Assembly: GCF_009834535.1 (NCBI RefSeq)
Contig: NC_045697.1
Location: 684,001-748,000, forward strand
Length of the DNA stretch: 64,000 bases
Source of the DNA: Camelus ferus
Taxonomy: Eukaryota
Direction: 5' to 3'
How positions within the stretch are numbered: the stretch's first letter is position 1; each line of letters starts with the position of its first letter. Of the stretch, positions 1 to 12,954 are shown one piece after another. Both the position numbers and the translations under genes were made by a program. A model generated the notes under the pieces. The model was not told the origin of the DNA. It ran no database searches and was given only the letters and a program-made list of their open reading frames with translations.

Positions 1-669
1 GCTAATGCCAGTGTGCAGTGGGTGTGCTGGGACCCCTGGCAACATCTCAGAGTCTCCCCGTCCGGCCGGCTCTGCCGCCCAGCTGCTGTTGCCATGACAC
101 CCATGCCTCCCACCCGAGCGGCCCGTGGGTTTGGGATCCTGGGAGGGTGCGTTTGATTGGCTCAGCCACAGTACTGCCAGGCACAGCTGGGGGTGGGGGT
201 CCCAGGGCCTGTCCACTCTCACCCAGCACAGGAGAGGTGCTTTTCCAGGTGCCCTGGGGACCTGCCAGGAAGAGGACTGCCCGCGATGGCGTCTGAGGGC
301 TCCCTGGACCTGATGTTAGACAGCCGAGCCCAAGGTCTCGCACCTGGGATTCAGAAGGAGGCCCCCCCACCCCGCAGCCACCAGCCACCGGGTGCCCCTG
401 CTGGGAAAGGGTTCAGCCTGCACTGGGGAGTCATTCACAGGCTCGGTCTGTTGGAGAAAGACCATTTGAGTTTTCAAGATTATTCCTGGAATCTTCACAT
501 ACAATTTGGAAGCCTAATAATTCATCAGGAATCCATTAAGTAGTAGACCCACGCGCCCCGTGACAGGCCTCTGGGGCTCGGCTCCCGCAGCCCTGCCGGA
601 ACCGAGGTGCTGGGGCAGAGACGGCCCCACCCCTCGGAGGGCAAGGCTGGGGAGTCACCAAGTGTGGCG

Positions 670-890
670 GAAATGAATTCGGCATCTTTCAGGGAGCAAA
701 ATCATTGAGCTTACGGACTAAATTTAACAGCCTAATAGAAATATGCAGGTGCAGGTACAATTAATTTTAATTACTAGACTATACACTGTTGGTTGCACGG
801 CCATGAGTAAAATTAAAATGGCAATCACAATTAGGAAATTGCGACCTCATTGTGCAGCAAATTAGTCACAAATTAAAGAGCGCCCACGCT
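670..890. promoter_or_regulatory. Candidate enhancer / conserved non-coding element (AT-rich homeodomain-motif island)
   Basis: AT-rich island with no recognisable repeat in a GC-rich background. Contains TAATTTTAATTA (762-773) and repeated CAATTA/AAATTA cores. Conservation not tested. Confidence 0.45.
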
Positions 891-1319
891 GCCTCTCCTG
901 TAGCTTTATGGCCTCTGTCCTCCCAGGAGGTGGGCCGGGCTCGCGGAGACGGCTGACCCCTTCCCGGGAGGCTCCCGCGCCCTCTGCAAACGCCCGGTAC
1001 CTGGGGCTCTGGCTGGGGATCTGGTAGGTGAGCCAGGCCAGGAAGTGGACAGCTCTTAGGTCACCCGCCCTCAAAGTGTCCACGTGGCCCTGTCCAGCAC
1101 GCAGGCTCCACTCACCTGATCCTGCCTGTGGCCCGAATCCACAGAAGGCCTTAGTTTCCCTCCAGAGGCGGGGTTGCAGCTTCAACAGGGTGGCCGTGAG
1201 CCCTGCAGAGGAGGACAGGACACCCGGGAGGCCGCACTCTCCTCCGTGGGGTGGGGGGCTGCCACTGCAGGGCACAGCCAGCCCCTTCTCTTCCCTCCCT
1301 CCTCAAGCGAGCTTGACCC

Positions 1320-1945
1320 GGCCTCACCTCTGGCCAGACCTCACTGTCCTCTCAGCGTTTCCATCCAGGGTCTCCAGACACCCCAAACACAACTCAACCA
1401 GCACAGAGTACTGGAGGGTCCCCTGTCCAGCCCTTTCTCCTCCAGGGAGCCGGACTCACTGCCCTACACGCCTTAGAATCTCAGCTCTCCCTCCCTCCTC
1501 CACTGGCTCACCCCATCTCAGCCTGGACTCAGACACCTGCCATCACCCCTGCTTAGGACCCTTCAGCAACTCCCTGTGCCACTAGGATGAAGGCACAGCT
1601 TCACCACACCAGGATCCTCAGGACCCTGGTCTCACCACAACCCCACCCCTTGAGCTGGGAGCCTCTGTTCTCTGTCCTCCAGCCTCACTGGCCTGTCCAG
1701 TCCTGGTTTTCATAGCTCCCTCCTAGCACTCTGCTTTTGTTCATGCTGTTCCCTCTGTGGAGATGCTGTTCCCTTTGCTCTGCTTGATCCTTCAGTTTCA
1801 GATGGGTCTCATGCGTCAACAGGTCCCCATGCCATGTGTGTCCCTGAAGGTGCCCGTGGCTGCTGGTCCACACTCATCTGTGTGGTTCACTGACCCCGAG
1901 CCCAGGTTTGTCTGTTTCTGTGTCCTTGGTGCCTACAGCGAAGCC
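1320..1945 (+). mobile_element. LINE-2 (L2) 3' relic
   Basis: Pyrimidine-rich stretch with an L2-like segment 'ttttgttcatgctgttccctctgtggagatgctgttccc' (about 1735-1775) and an L2-tail-like 'gtctgtttctgtgtccttggtgcctacagc'. Confidence 0.6.
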
Positions 1946-2364
1946 AGGTCCCTGGGGAGGTGGGTGTGAGGGTCAGGGGGCAGGGAACGCAGCAGCCAGA
2001 GCAGCGCCCAGGCCAGGCGCTGGGGGTGTGGCAAAGAGCCGGTAAGGAGGCGAGAGGGCAGGTGGAGGCTGGGCACACCAGCCGGCATGGTGACCGCTGA
2101 ATAGATGCTGGGAGGCGCCAGGTGACGCTCACTGCTGAGTGTGGTCACCCAAGTGCTGGGGGGCCGGGGGGCCTCTCTGACTCAGGAGTCTAAGCTCAGG
2201 ACCTGTTGCATTCTACCTTTTCACTAGAAAGCTCATGGCAGCTCCAAGCTCCCAGAGGCACAGCCACGACCCGGAGCAAGGCGTAAGTAGGAAGGGAGCG
2301 TGGTGGACACCACTGCCTCCCAGCTGGGCATGATCCCCCACCCTACTAGGAAATAAAGTGGGCA

Positions 2365-2430
2365 ACCCCCCCCGCCCTCCTCCCCCCTCCCCCTTGCCCT
2401 CCCCCGCTTCTCCTCCCCCTCCCCCTCTTC
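2365..2430. repeat. C-rich low-complexity tract (G4-capable on minus strand)
   Basis: Many consecutive runs of 4 or more C separated by 1-6 nt. Confidence 0.6.
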
Positions 2431-3749
2431 ACTGCCAAGCGCACCCGCCAAGGCTTGCAGGGCCTGTCTCTGCGCTCTCCAAAATTCCCTCCTCCCATTT
2501 AATTTTAGTCTCTGGGGCTCCCTGCCAGAGAGCCAGCTCTGAGTGCCCATCCTCCCAGCTGGGAGACACCCAGGCCATGGCGGGGGGGGGGTGAAGTCTT
2601 TGCACTGGCCCCGTGCCCCCAGCCTCTTCATCACCACCTGCTCTCCTGTGGGGCATTTCCACCTTCTGACTGCTCCTCTGCCATGACCTCCGAGCAAGGC
2701 TTGGAGGGTAGTACTTCACACTGTAGTGTGAATTCGGATCACTGGATCCCATCCTGTAGGAGGTGCAGCAAGAGGGAGGGGCTGCTTTCACAAATTCTGG
2801 AGCTTAAGCAGCACCAGAAGCAGGATCAGTCACATGACACCAGTAGCCTCCCCTCCAATTCACTGAGCCCTTCCAGGAGCTGCAGGGCCCCAGTGGGGAG
2901 CCCCTGCTGCACTCGGAGGACTTGCCTTGTGTCTTGGGACAAGCCACCCCCTCCGCCTTCTCTCCACCTTCAGCCTGGATGAAGGTGCAGGTGTGGGCTG
3001 GGAGGGGCTTAGCTAGGGTTGGCTTTTGTCCCTGGATCATGCTGAAGAAAAGGGCAGGGGTGCTCAACCAGGGAGGCCAGGGAGGCCAGGGAAGCGTGTG
3101 CAGAGGTGACATGGGGCAGGTGGGGTGGAACCACAGGCAGGGCGGAGGGGAAGTTCCCACGGGGGGCGGGGGGTTGAGCCAGGTGCCTGACCCTCTTTTC
3201 CATGCAGTGCTGGGATAACTTGTGACCCCTCCTCCATCAGACCTCCATCAGGAGGCGGGGGAGCAGGCAGGCGAGGTGCCTTCCAGCTCCCCGCCTGGAT
3301 CTACAGAGGTGATCGCAGTCCCAGTTGGCAGAATGGAAGTGAGCTGAGAGCCAGTCTCCCAGATCCCCAGAAGTGTGGTGCCCATACCCCCAACAGGGAG
3401 CTCTCAGCACCCTCCTTGTGCCTGCAAGTCCCCGGCCCCTGGCAGCAAGGCTCATGCTCCCCTGAAGCGGCACTCCAGCCATGCCCGTCCCCGGCCAGGA
3501 GCCACTGGGTTCGCTCCTCCTGTTGGGGCAGCCCCTGGTGGGCAGCCCAGAAATGCCCTGGGGAGGGGGCCTCCCGGGGCTGAGAGCCAGTGCCAGCCCT
3601 GGGCAGGGCGGCAGAGCATCCTAGGGTGATCCAGGGCTGCCAGGTCCTCGTGCAGCTGGTCCTTAAGGACAGTGAGAGGTGGCGTTGGCTCAGGAAGACA
3701 GGTGGGGATCCTCTCTGCCCTCCGGACAAGTGGCCTCCCAATCTGAGGC

Positions 3750-6180
3750 CTCCTGGGGCCGCCATGTGGTCCCTTCTCAGGACTTCCCTCACCTGTCAGT
3801 CACCGGTGTCACGTCATTTCCCTCCTGTCTTCCCCGCTGGCCCACACGCCCCGTGGGGGGCCTCAGCCTGGTCCCTGACGGGCCCAGGCAGCCTGGACGT
3901 TGGTGAGAGCGGGCACGGACGTGGCGGCAGCCCCGCGCCCTCTGCCCGGGGCACGGGGTCTGGCTGGCCCTCGCTTAGCCCTTCCTTCACTCCTCTCAGC
4001 AGTGATTGGTACTTTTCAGTGTGCAGGTCTCGCACGTGTTTTGTCAGATTCACCCCCACGTATTCCATATTTCTGATGGCGTTGCAAAGGCTGTTTTAAA
4101 TCTTTAATTTCCAGCTGTTTGTTGCTAGTGCACAGGAGCACCACTGACCTTCGTGCACCGGTCTGGTTCCTGCAACCTTGCTACGCTCGCTCGCTTAGGT
4201 GTTAGTTCAATTAGCCTTTGGCAGATTCCACAGGATTGTCTATGCAGACAAACTTGCCGTGTAGGAATAAAGTATTACTTCTTCCTCTCCATCACTTGCT
4301 TTCCAATCTGGGTAATCCAATCCAGGTTACTAAAATTAATAAAAATCCAGTTTTTATTTTTGTCTTACTGCACTGGCTAGAATGCCCAGTGCAGTGTCGA
4401 GCGGAAGAGCTGGGGACGGCACCCTTGCCTCTGCCCTGATCTTAGGGTGAAGGTCGCTAGTCCTTCAGCAGTAAGTGTGGCGTCAGCCGTTGGCTCTTCC
4501 GGGGTGCCCCCTGCCAAGCTGAGGAGGTTCTTTCCTGTGCCTGTTTTACTGAGGGTTTTTCTTAGAAGTGATTGCTGGATTTTATCAAGTGTTTTTTCTG
4601 TGGCTCTTTAAATGGTCATAAGGTTTTTCTTTTTTAGTCTATTAATATGAAGAATTACATTTTTGATTTTTGAGAGCTAAACCAACCTTGCCTTCCTGAA
4701 ACAGATCCCATTCGGTCACGATCCTTTGAAAACACTGATGGATTCCATTTGCTGAAGTTTGAGAACCTTTCCATTTATGCTCATGATGGAAGCCGGTGAG
4801 TGGTTTTCTTTGCTTTCATCGCACAGTGGTTTGTCGGAGTGATTTGTGTCTCGCAGAATGAGCTGCGAAGTGCTTTCTTCTCTTCAGGCTTCTGGAAGAG
4901 GCCCTGCAGAACCGGCTTTGTTTCTTCCTTGAGACCTGTGTGGGCTTGGGGTTTCCTTTCTCAGAAGGCATTTAGCCACCCGTTCAGTCTTTGTGCTTTG
5001 TGTTCACCGCGGGCCCCACGCAGATGGCGTGTAGGCCATCCGATTGGACAGCTCTGCACTTCGGTCAGCCGGAGCGTTTTGACGATTTGCACCGACTGCA
5101 GTGCCAGCATGTCCAGGCTCACGTCCGTCCTCTTTTTTTTGTTTGTTTGTCTGACCTTCAGCCCCTTTGCCCTCTTTTTCTCTCTTCTTTTGGACTGAGT
5201 GTATTTTGTGACTTTAATCCTTCTGTTGGTTTATCGGTGGTCATTCTGAATTTTGCTATTTCAGGGTTGCTTGAGGGTTACAGGAGGCGTCTTCAGTTTA
5301 TCTCACGTTCGTGTGACTTCTAAGTGCCGTTGCCTGACGTCGCGGGGCCGTCACCGCACGGGCCTGGTCTGCTATTGTCCATTATATTTCTATACTTGTT
5401 AGAAATGTTGCATTATTGGCTTTTGTTGTTCTGCTTGAAGCAGTCAGTTACTGTGGCGACCATTCCTGGCACGCCGTTCCTTCGTGTAGATGCAGGTTTG
5501 CCTCTGGCGTCACTCCTTCTGCTTGGAGGATGTCCCTGACCCTTCTCATGGCGGGTGACGGAGGCTCTCAGATCTTCTCGTGTCTGAAAAAGTCTTTATT
5601 CTGCCTTTGGGTTGGAAGGGTATTTTCCCCAAGTGAAGAATTCCAGGCTGACCACTGTGGTTTTCTCTCTTTAAAGATGCAGCTCTAGTATCTCCTGGTC
5701 CACACGCTTCCAGGGAGAAACCTGCTGTCCCCTGGCCTCCGGGTCTTTGTCCGTAAGGTGGTTGTCGCCCCGCCTGCTCTGAAGACTTCACCCTTATCAT
5801 AGTTCTGATAACTTGTGCTTCGGGTTTGTTGAGCTTCTTGGACCTGCGGGCTTCCTAAAACCTGCTCATTATTTCTTGGCCATTTCCCTGTCTTCCCCTC
5901 CACCCCTGAGAGCTGGAATTGCACACACACCTGACTGAGGGGGTCCGGCGGCTCACTCTGCACTGCCCCCCCCCCCGTCCCCCCACCTACGGCCTGGAAA
6001 CCTTCTGAGGCAGCAAACCAGGTGCCCCCTGGGCTCCCCTCACTGTATTCTGTCTCAGGGTCTCCGTCTGGCCTTGCCTGATGTCCAGTGTCGTCAAAGC
6101 TGTGGCTGTGTGTTTGCTAGGTGGTTTTCCATTGTTTCTAGGGAGAGGGTGGGTAAACATAGATCCTCTCCCCGACCTGG
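3750..6180 (-). mobile_element. Old LINE-1 (L1M-type), internally deleted, ORF2 region plus 5' end
   Basis: Minus ORF 3814-4068 (MEYVGVNLTKHVRDLHTEKYQSLLRGVKEGL) matches L1 ORF2 '[31 protein letters not shown]'. 4000-4950 follows antisense L1 RT-region DNA. 'gcctgatgtccagtgtc...gggtaaacat' (about 6076-6165) resembles an L1M 5' end. Confidence 0.85.
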
Positions 6181-7399
6181 CCGTGCCCAGCACCCCTTCC
6201 CTTAAAGCCACTCAACCAGTTCCCGCCGCCCCCTCTTGCCAATGAAACCGCCCGCCTGAGGTCACGGGGCCTCCAGGCCTTAGAACCCAGTGAGTGGGCC
6301 ATTCCCGAGCCTCCTCCCAGCCCCTCTCCCAGCACCGCTCTCCCCCCCGGACGCTTTCCCTGTGTGACTTCCAGACGAGCGGCACCTGGCCCCTCCCGCC
6401 TCTCGATGGGGCGGCGCCCCCCCCAGGGCGCAGGCTGAGTTTGTCTGTCCTGGAGGAGGGGCAAGGGGACGAGGGCCACTGGTCCCACAGCCACAGCAGT
6501 CCCTTCAGAGAGGGTCCAGGGTGGGTCCCCTTCCCCGGTCTGCACCCTGGGCGCTTGCAGGAAGGAACCACGCACTGGGATCCCTGGGGGAGCCCTGGGC
6601 CTGAGCAGGGCATGGATGTGAGCTCCACCCTGGTGCACTGGACAAGGCACCGCCGGACCCAGTCTCCCCACCTGGGAATGGGGGCCAGGGTGCCTGCTCT
6701 CCTCACCGGGGAAGGTGGCAAGGGTTTAATCTGAGCACTCCTGACTCCTGACTCTCAGAGCTGCCAAGGAAAGTCCCACGGAAGGGACGTGGGCAAGGGG
6801 ACACACACCTGGAGGGGTCAGACATGTGTTTGCAGGCTGCCTGGCAGAGAGGGGCTCCACGGGACAGAAACAGGTGTGGGCCGATTGTGGGGGGTGTGAG
6901 CCCCCACCCCAATTACACTGCCCCTGGTTCTAGCTCTGGGATCCTGGAGAAACTTCTCCACATGCACCGGAGCCGTGGTACCTCCGACACCCAGTCCTGG
7001 CAGGCGGCTCTCCCAGAAACACCACGCCCGGGGCAGGCGCCCAACAAGGAGAGCAGCGCTGGGTCCTGCCCCGGCCCAGGCAGGTCATGGCCTCCCCGGC
7101 CTCAGCCTCCTGGGTCTGTGAAATGGGCCTATCACACGATTGTGGGTACAGGCAGGCGGCAAGGCCGTGGAGGTGGGGTCCCCGACCGCTGAGCCAAAGC
7201 CAGTGCCGGCCATGTCTGTGGTTCAAGATGGCACCTGACCCCGGCCCCAGGGCCTGGCCCCGAGCCCACCAGCGGCGAGGGCCCCAGGGAACCCCGAGCT
7301 CCTGCCCAGGCTCAGGGCTGGCCTGCCAGGCGAACAGGCTTCCCCGTGAAACTCCCCACCCGCCTCCGGGGAGCCACAGCCCCCACCCCGGCACACACA

Positions 7400-7700
7400 C
7401 AACTATTTAATTTTGCTCTGGCAAGGAATAATAGAGCCCTGTGTGTCTGTTACAGATGCGGAGAGATTGGGCAGCCACGGCTGCACATTCAGGGCCCTAA
7501 CAAAGCTGGCTCCGATCCCCCGGCCTGCCATCACCATTCAACGGTGTAATAAATGAGGCGGCCACAGCCCGCCACGTACCGCCAGCCCAGATAACGGCTG
7601 AAAGGAGAAAATTAAATTTTGCTTTTGTTGAAACATTATGATTTATGTATTTGTAATATAGGCTGTGGTGGGCAATTGGGGGAAAAGAAGATTGCTGAGC
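7400..7700. promoter_or_regulatory. Candidate enhancer island
   Basis: AT-rich non-repeat segment with Pbx-Hox-type TGATTTAT (7639-7646), GTAATAAA and AAATTAAATTT. Confidence 0.45.
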
Positions 7701-7949
7701 GCCCTTCAGGGTTACTGACGGCCCCACTGGCCACTCAGAGGGCTCAGCCCCGCCCACTCCTCTTCACCGCAGGAATAAGAGGAACCGCAGATTCCCATTA
7801 ACCCGGCCCTCTGCAGCCGGGGAGAGAGGCTGGGCGGCCCCCCAGGGAGGCCAGGCGTGGGGCCCTCCCGTCAGAGGTGGGTAGGAGGCGGCATCCTTCT
7901 TGCCTGGACCCGGAAGCAGCCGTTCTGATCTCCCAGTGCCCTATCTGGA

Positions 7950-8095
7950 CCTATGAAAATAATTAACTTCTCCCACCGCGCCCTAGAGAGACAGACACGT
8001 GAGCACATCCCCTGTAATTTATAATCTTGCAGTGCTGTCCCTTAATGCAGCAATCAGAACGGGGCTTATCATGTTGTAGAAGGTAATGAACTTAC
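7950..8095. promoter_or_regulatory. Candidate enhancer island
   Basis: AATAATTAAC, TAATTTATAAT, TTAATG, E-box CACGTG and GATA-type CTTATC within 150 bp. Confidence 0.35.
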
Positions 8096-8511
8096 TTACT
8101 CCTGGCACTCGAGTTCCCAAGTGAGGGTCTGGGCGGAGCGGCTCCCCTAGACAGCTGTTGGGAGGCTCCCCCGCCGACAACCACTGGGGTCCTTAATGGA
8201 CAGATGGGCCTGTGGCCCTGGGCCCAGGTGGCCACGTGTGGCCAGAGCGAACCACAGTCCAGCTGCTGGGAGGCTGTGTCCCTGGCCATGTAGGGGGAGC
8301 GGAGGGCAGGCTGAAGCCCTGGTGCTTTGCTAGGCTTACTCAGGGATCCAGGCAAAGCCTTCCCACTCAGAGCCGCCACCCACCTGATGTCCCCCTGCTC
8401 AAGCACAGCCGGGTGCTGGGACGCCACAACCTGCCCTCACCTGCTCGTGCAGATCCCCTGACGGCCCCAGGGAGCTCTCACGTGTGATTTGTCTTAAGGT
8501 TCTGAACTGAC

Positions 8512-8560
8512 ACATCCCCTACAGATGGGAAACTGAGGCTCAGTGAGGCTGAGTGGCCGT
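8512..8560 (-). mobile_element. MIR SINE core fragment
   Basis: 'acagatgggaaactgaggctcagtgagg' matches the antisense MIR core. Confidence 0.7.
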
Positions 8561-11500
8561 GGTGGACGGGGACCCATTGTCCACCAGCCACCTAGACTCC
8601 TGCTCCTGCAGAGGTTTGCCATGGAGTGAAGGCCTGCTGTGACCCCTGCAGGCTCACAGAGGCGGCCTCTCCCTCCATCTGGGTGTGCCCAGCCTCACGC
8701 AAACTGGGCACAAGGAGGCTCAGCCAGGGATCATGGGGGCCTCCCGTGAGCCTCTTCAGCCCCCTCCCCACCATCTTCAGGGGCCAGTGCTCATTTCAGC
8801 TGCCTTCTGCTCTCAGGACCCAGTGTGATCCAAACTGAATTCCCCTCTTCCCACTCCTCTGCACCCCTGGAGGGCCCATCTCTGTCCCCAGCAGCCCAGG
8901 GTGTGAGCTGGGCCTCACTGCCTTGGCCCTTCCATGACCACTCACAGTCCTGGCCCTCCCTCAGAAAGGCCTCTTGAGTCATCCTGAAGTGCAGAGAAAA
9001 CCTGCTCCTTGCTGACACTTTTTGAGCTGCTGGATCAAACTTTGCCTGAAGCAGGTGTCTTTGGCCCACTTGGCTGTTTGAGCCAGAGTCCCCTTGCTGC
9101 CTTGTGAGTTAGGGTCCCTGTCACTCATACCTCAGGAGCTCTGGCAGTGCCCCTGTTTCTCTCTGGGGCCATGCTGGCCTCTTGCTCTCCTCTTGTGACG
9201 TGGCTCCTCTGCCCAAGGCCCCGCCCATTCCCAGGAGCAGGAATGTGCTTGGCCCAGCCAGGTGCCCGGCCTGGTCGGGGGGTGAGGAGCGGGGTGAGGG
9301 GCGGGCTGTGCTGGCTCTCACATCTGAGGGTAGGAGGGCAGGCTTCCGTGGTGCCTCCCGCTGAAGTCAGGTGAAGTGACAGTGGAGGGTCCCTGTGGGA
9401 GCTGAGAACTGAACTCACCCCTCCCCTTTCTTCTCCCTGCCTCCCTCTCCAGACCTGGTCATCCACGTCATGGGGTCCCGCTCCCATCATGCGGCCCCCA
9501 GAGCCCAGCCCCCAAGTGCCCCACCCCCCCAGGGGGCTGTCTCGGCCACGCCCAGCTCCTACCAAGTCTCTGCCTCATGAGCAGGCAGGAGAGGCAGAGA
9601 TGGAGACAGAATTAGCTCTGGGGCCTGAATACCCACTCCACAGGCTCGTTACTGTAGTGGCCGCTGTCGCCGGGTTCTGTGGAGGCCATGGGCACGTGTG
9701 GCGCCCGCCGGGCTTGGCTGGGCCCTTCCTGAGACGGGCCCTCTCGCTTCCCAGCCGGCGAGTCGGAGCCGCGTTGCATCTGCAGAGGGCATCGGGCTGG
9801 GAGAGGCAGCCTTATTAGGAGGTGTGTTTTGTGTCGGATGATGCTTCCTTGAGGGCGACAGCCGGCAGTGCTGACTGCTGGGGGCTCCTGGATCCTCGTC
9901 TTGTGTGTGACCTGCCCTCCTCCCCTTGCAGGCTCTTGCCCCGGGCCTGCTCCACCCTTGTCCCTCCACCCCTGGCACCAGGGCCTATAAGGGTGGGGTC
10001 CCTGAGGGGCCTCAGGCCAGTCCCGCTGACCCCACTAGTGCCGGTTCTCCTGGACTCTGCTGGCCAGTCGGCCCACCTCCCCACCCGAGACAACGCCTGT
10101 GCAAGCTGGGGTTGGGGGAGCTGGGATGCTTCACCACCTAACGGTGAAGGCCCGGCCACACTGAGAGGACTGGACCCCAGAGAGGGCGGTCTGCCCAAAT
10201 CCCAGAAGGCTGGGGGCTCTGCGGGATGAGGAAGTCAGGGAGGGGCACAGGGCACAAGGAATGGCTCCTCCCGCCCCGGACCCCTGGCCCGTGCAGGTGG
10301 GCACTTGCTGTGTGCTATCTGGCCAGGACCAAGGCCTCATTTATGTTGCTAGGCTACAGGGAAGGTGGGCAGGATCTTCGCCCTCAAGGGGGTGATGAAA
10401 AGGAGGCATGAGGGCTGGGGGCCCTGCAGGGACAGAGCCTCAGGGAAGGGCAGCTGGGAGAGGGGTTGCTCTACTTCAGTGTCCAGCACCAGGGAAAAGC
10501 GCCGAGTCAGGCCAAGGGCGAGGACCAGGCCCAGGCCCTGGGGGCCCTGCAGACCCCCACCAGGGTGACAGCAGCTCTGCATGCCCCCGGAGATGGGCCG
10601 AGAGGCGTCCTGGAGCGAGCGGCACGAGGCCCCCACCCCTCCATTCGCCTCCCGCAGTGTGGGTGGACCGAGCCATGGGCTGGCCGGGGCACAGGATGGG
10701 GGCTTCTGCTCCGGAGACGACCGCCCTGAGGTTGGGGGTACGAGACTGCCAATGATGGCCCGACCCTGGCAAACGGTGACGATGCCCATGGGGAGCGGGG
10801 CATCCGGGGGCCCAGGTCAGAGGGCTCGAGTGCTTCCCGAGGGGGCAGCAGGGGAGCCAGACCCCTACCCCCACCTTCAGCCTCTTCCGCTCACTGGCTC
10901 CCCAGGGCTTCGGGCGACAGCCTGGTTCATGTGTCAGCAGGTGGCGTGCCCACCTTGTCTGATGTGACCCGCCCAGAGCTCACATTCCCGGGGAGACCCC
11001 ACTCCTCCCGGCACAGCACAGGTGACCCCAGAGGCTGCTGCGCCCCTGGGGCAGCTGAGGGCTTGAGGGCTGTCTCCAGGGAGGAGGCATGACTGGGGTC
11101 CCACTGACAGAGCCCCCTGCACAAGATGCCTCTGACCCTCTCCATGGAGCACAGGCTTGCTCTTGGCAGGCCCAGGACTGAGGCCCGAGAATGACGTGAT
11201 GGTCAGCGAGCAGCTGCCCCCCAGGACGGGAGTAGGGTGGGCGGAGCGGGGACTCAGCTTCGCCCAGTTCGCCATCCAGAGGGGGCAGCAGGTAGCCCCC
11301 CGGAGTCTAGCGTCCAGCCATGCTTGGCCGGGGTTGGGGGAGGGGCCGCCACGCCTTCAGGGGCGCAGTAGTCAGGGCACCTGGGAGGGCCTAGGGGCTG
11401 AGGACACGACCTGGGAAGTGCAGACGCATGCTCCAAGTTGTGTCCGCATCTGTAAAATGCACACAGCCACACCTCGCAGAGCCCTGTTACCAAGGAGGTA

Positions 11501-11814
11501 ATAGCACGAAGTGTTGGGCCTGGACCTGCCCGTATGTGAACCCCGACCTGATCAACCCTTCCACCCCCGAGGTCAGAGGGGGTCGAGGATTCCCACGGGC
11601 TGGTTCCCCATCACACTCCAAGGTGTGCGGGCAGGGTGGCAGGAGTGACCACCGGCAGAGCCGTGTGGGGCTGGGTGCTGGGTCCTGGGTCCTCAGAAGG
11701 CACCTGCCTTGGGGAAGGGCAGTGTCTGGGGCAGGGAGCTCCCCCAAGCGGCTCCGTCCAGCAAAGGCCTGGGAGAACCACCTCTCAGAGGAGGAATCCT
11801 GGGAAGGGGGCAGC

Positions 11815-11920
11815 GGTACGTGTGTTCACACGTATGTGTGCCTACCTGTGAACACATGTGGTGTTTGGGTGCTTGGTGTGCGTGTGTATGCACATGACCA
11901 CGTGTGTGCATGTGTGTGCT
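11815..11920. repeat. Degenerate (TG)n/(CA)n low-complexity tract
   Basis: Alternating gtgt/cacg/atgt units. Confidence 0.6.
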
Positions 11921-12874
11921 GACGGGGCCGAAACCCAGTGGGCCCACCGTCCCTGCAGCCCCTGAGGTAGTGTGGGCTTCTAGAAGTTACCTTTGGTGCA
12001 CTGGGGAGAGACCCCGGCAAAGGCAGCTCGGCCCCTCCTGCTCCCATTCCTGGCTCCTCTGGGGGCCGAACTGCCCACAGACACAGCCAGGGCTGGCTCT
12101 TCCTGAGCGGTCTCGCAGGCAGACCAGCCTGGGTGGGAAGGCCTGGCCGACGACAAGGAGGGGTCTGGGAGCCAGGAGACCTGACTGCAGGCCCCCCACC
12201 CCGACACAGCCCTCCCCGCTGGTGTCAGGGCTGCCTAAGGTCTAGAGACACTCAGCTCTCCTGATGCCCCAGTTCTCAGGGCATGGGGCCCAGGCGGCCC
12301 CAGGACTGCCAGGGATCTGGCCAGGAGGTGGCCCAACCAGCAGGGCCTGCGCCCCACGGGAGTCCTGTGCGGCTGAGCTGAGTGGCCACTGTGAGGACCC
12401 CGTGGTGCAGTCAGGGCCGCGGGAGGCCAGCCGGCCGAGGTCCAACCTGCGGGGGCCTGGTTCACCTGTGTTCCCAGGGTCACCCAGGCCCAGAGTGAGG
12501 GGCAGGTGCAGTGGGTAAGGCAGGCAGTGGAGCAATTCATGCCCTTGGCCTGGGTTCAGGGGGAAATAGCTCCTCCTGTCTGTGAGCCCTCTGGATGCCC
12601 ACCTAGCCCTTCCCGCCTGGTGAGGTCAGTTGCCAGGGGCACCAGGTGGGGCCTCCCGGCCCAGCCCCAGCCTGGGGGCACTCATCCCACGAGAGCTGAA
12701 CTGACAGGTGAGGAGGGGGTACCGGCTACCAGCTTGCTCTGTGTGTTGTGGGAAAACGCATTTGAGGTCCCCAGCCCACAGCACAGAGCTCTGCGGCCTT
12801 GCCCTCTGCCATGCCCTGGGCTGAGGGTGGCCCCAAGCTCTGAGTGGAAGCCCAGCAGCATCAGCAAAGGGCCC

Positions 12875-12954
12875 CCTGATGTCCCCGTCCCCTCGATAGA
12901 GCAGGACAGTCGAAACAAGAGCTCCCTCCTCTTACCTCCCCACCTGCACAGCCA
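12875..12954 (+). repeat. Copy 1 of an ~80-bp dispersed direct repeat (copy 2 at 14892-14970)
   Basis: Both copies read cctgatgtcccc...aggacagtcgaaacaagagc(t/g)ccctcctcttacct...acctgcacagcca; about 10 differences in 80 bp by eye. Confidence 0.9.
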
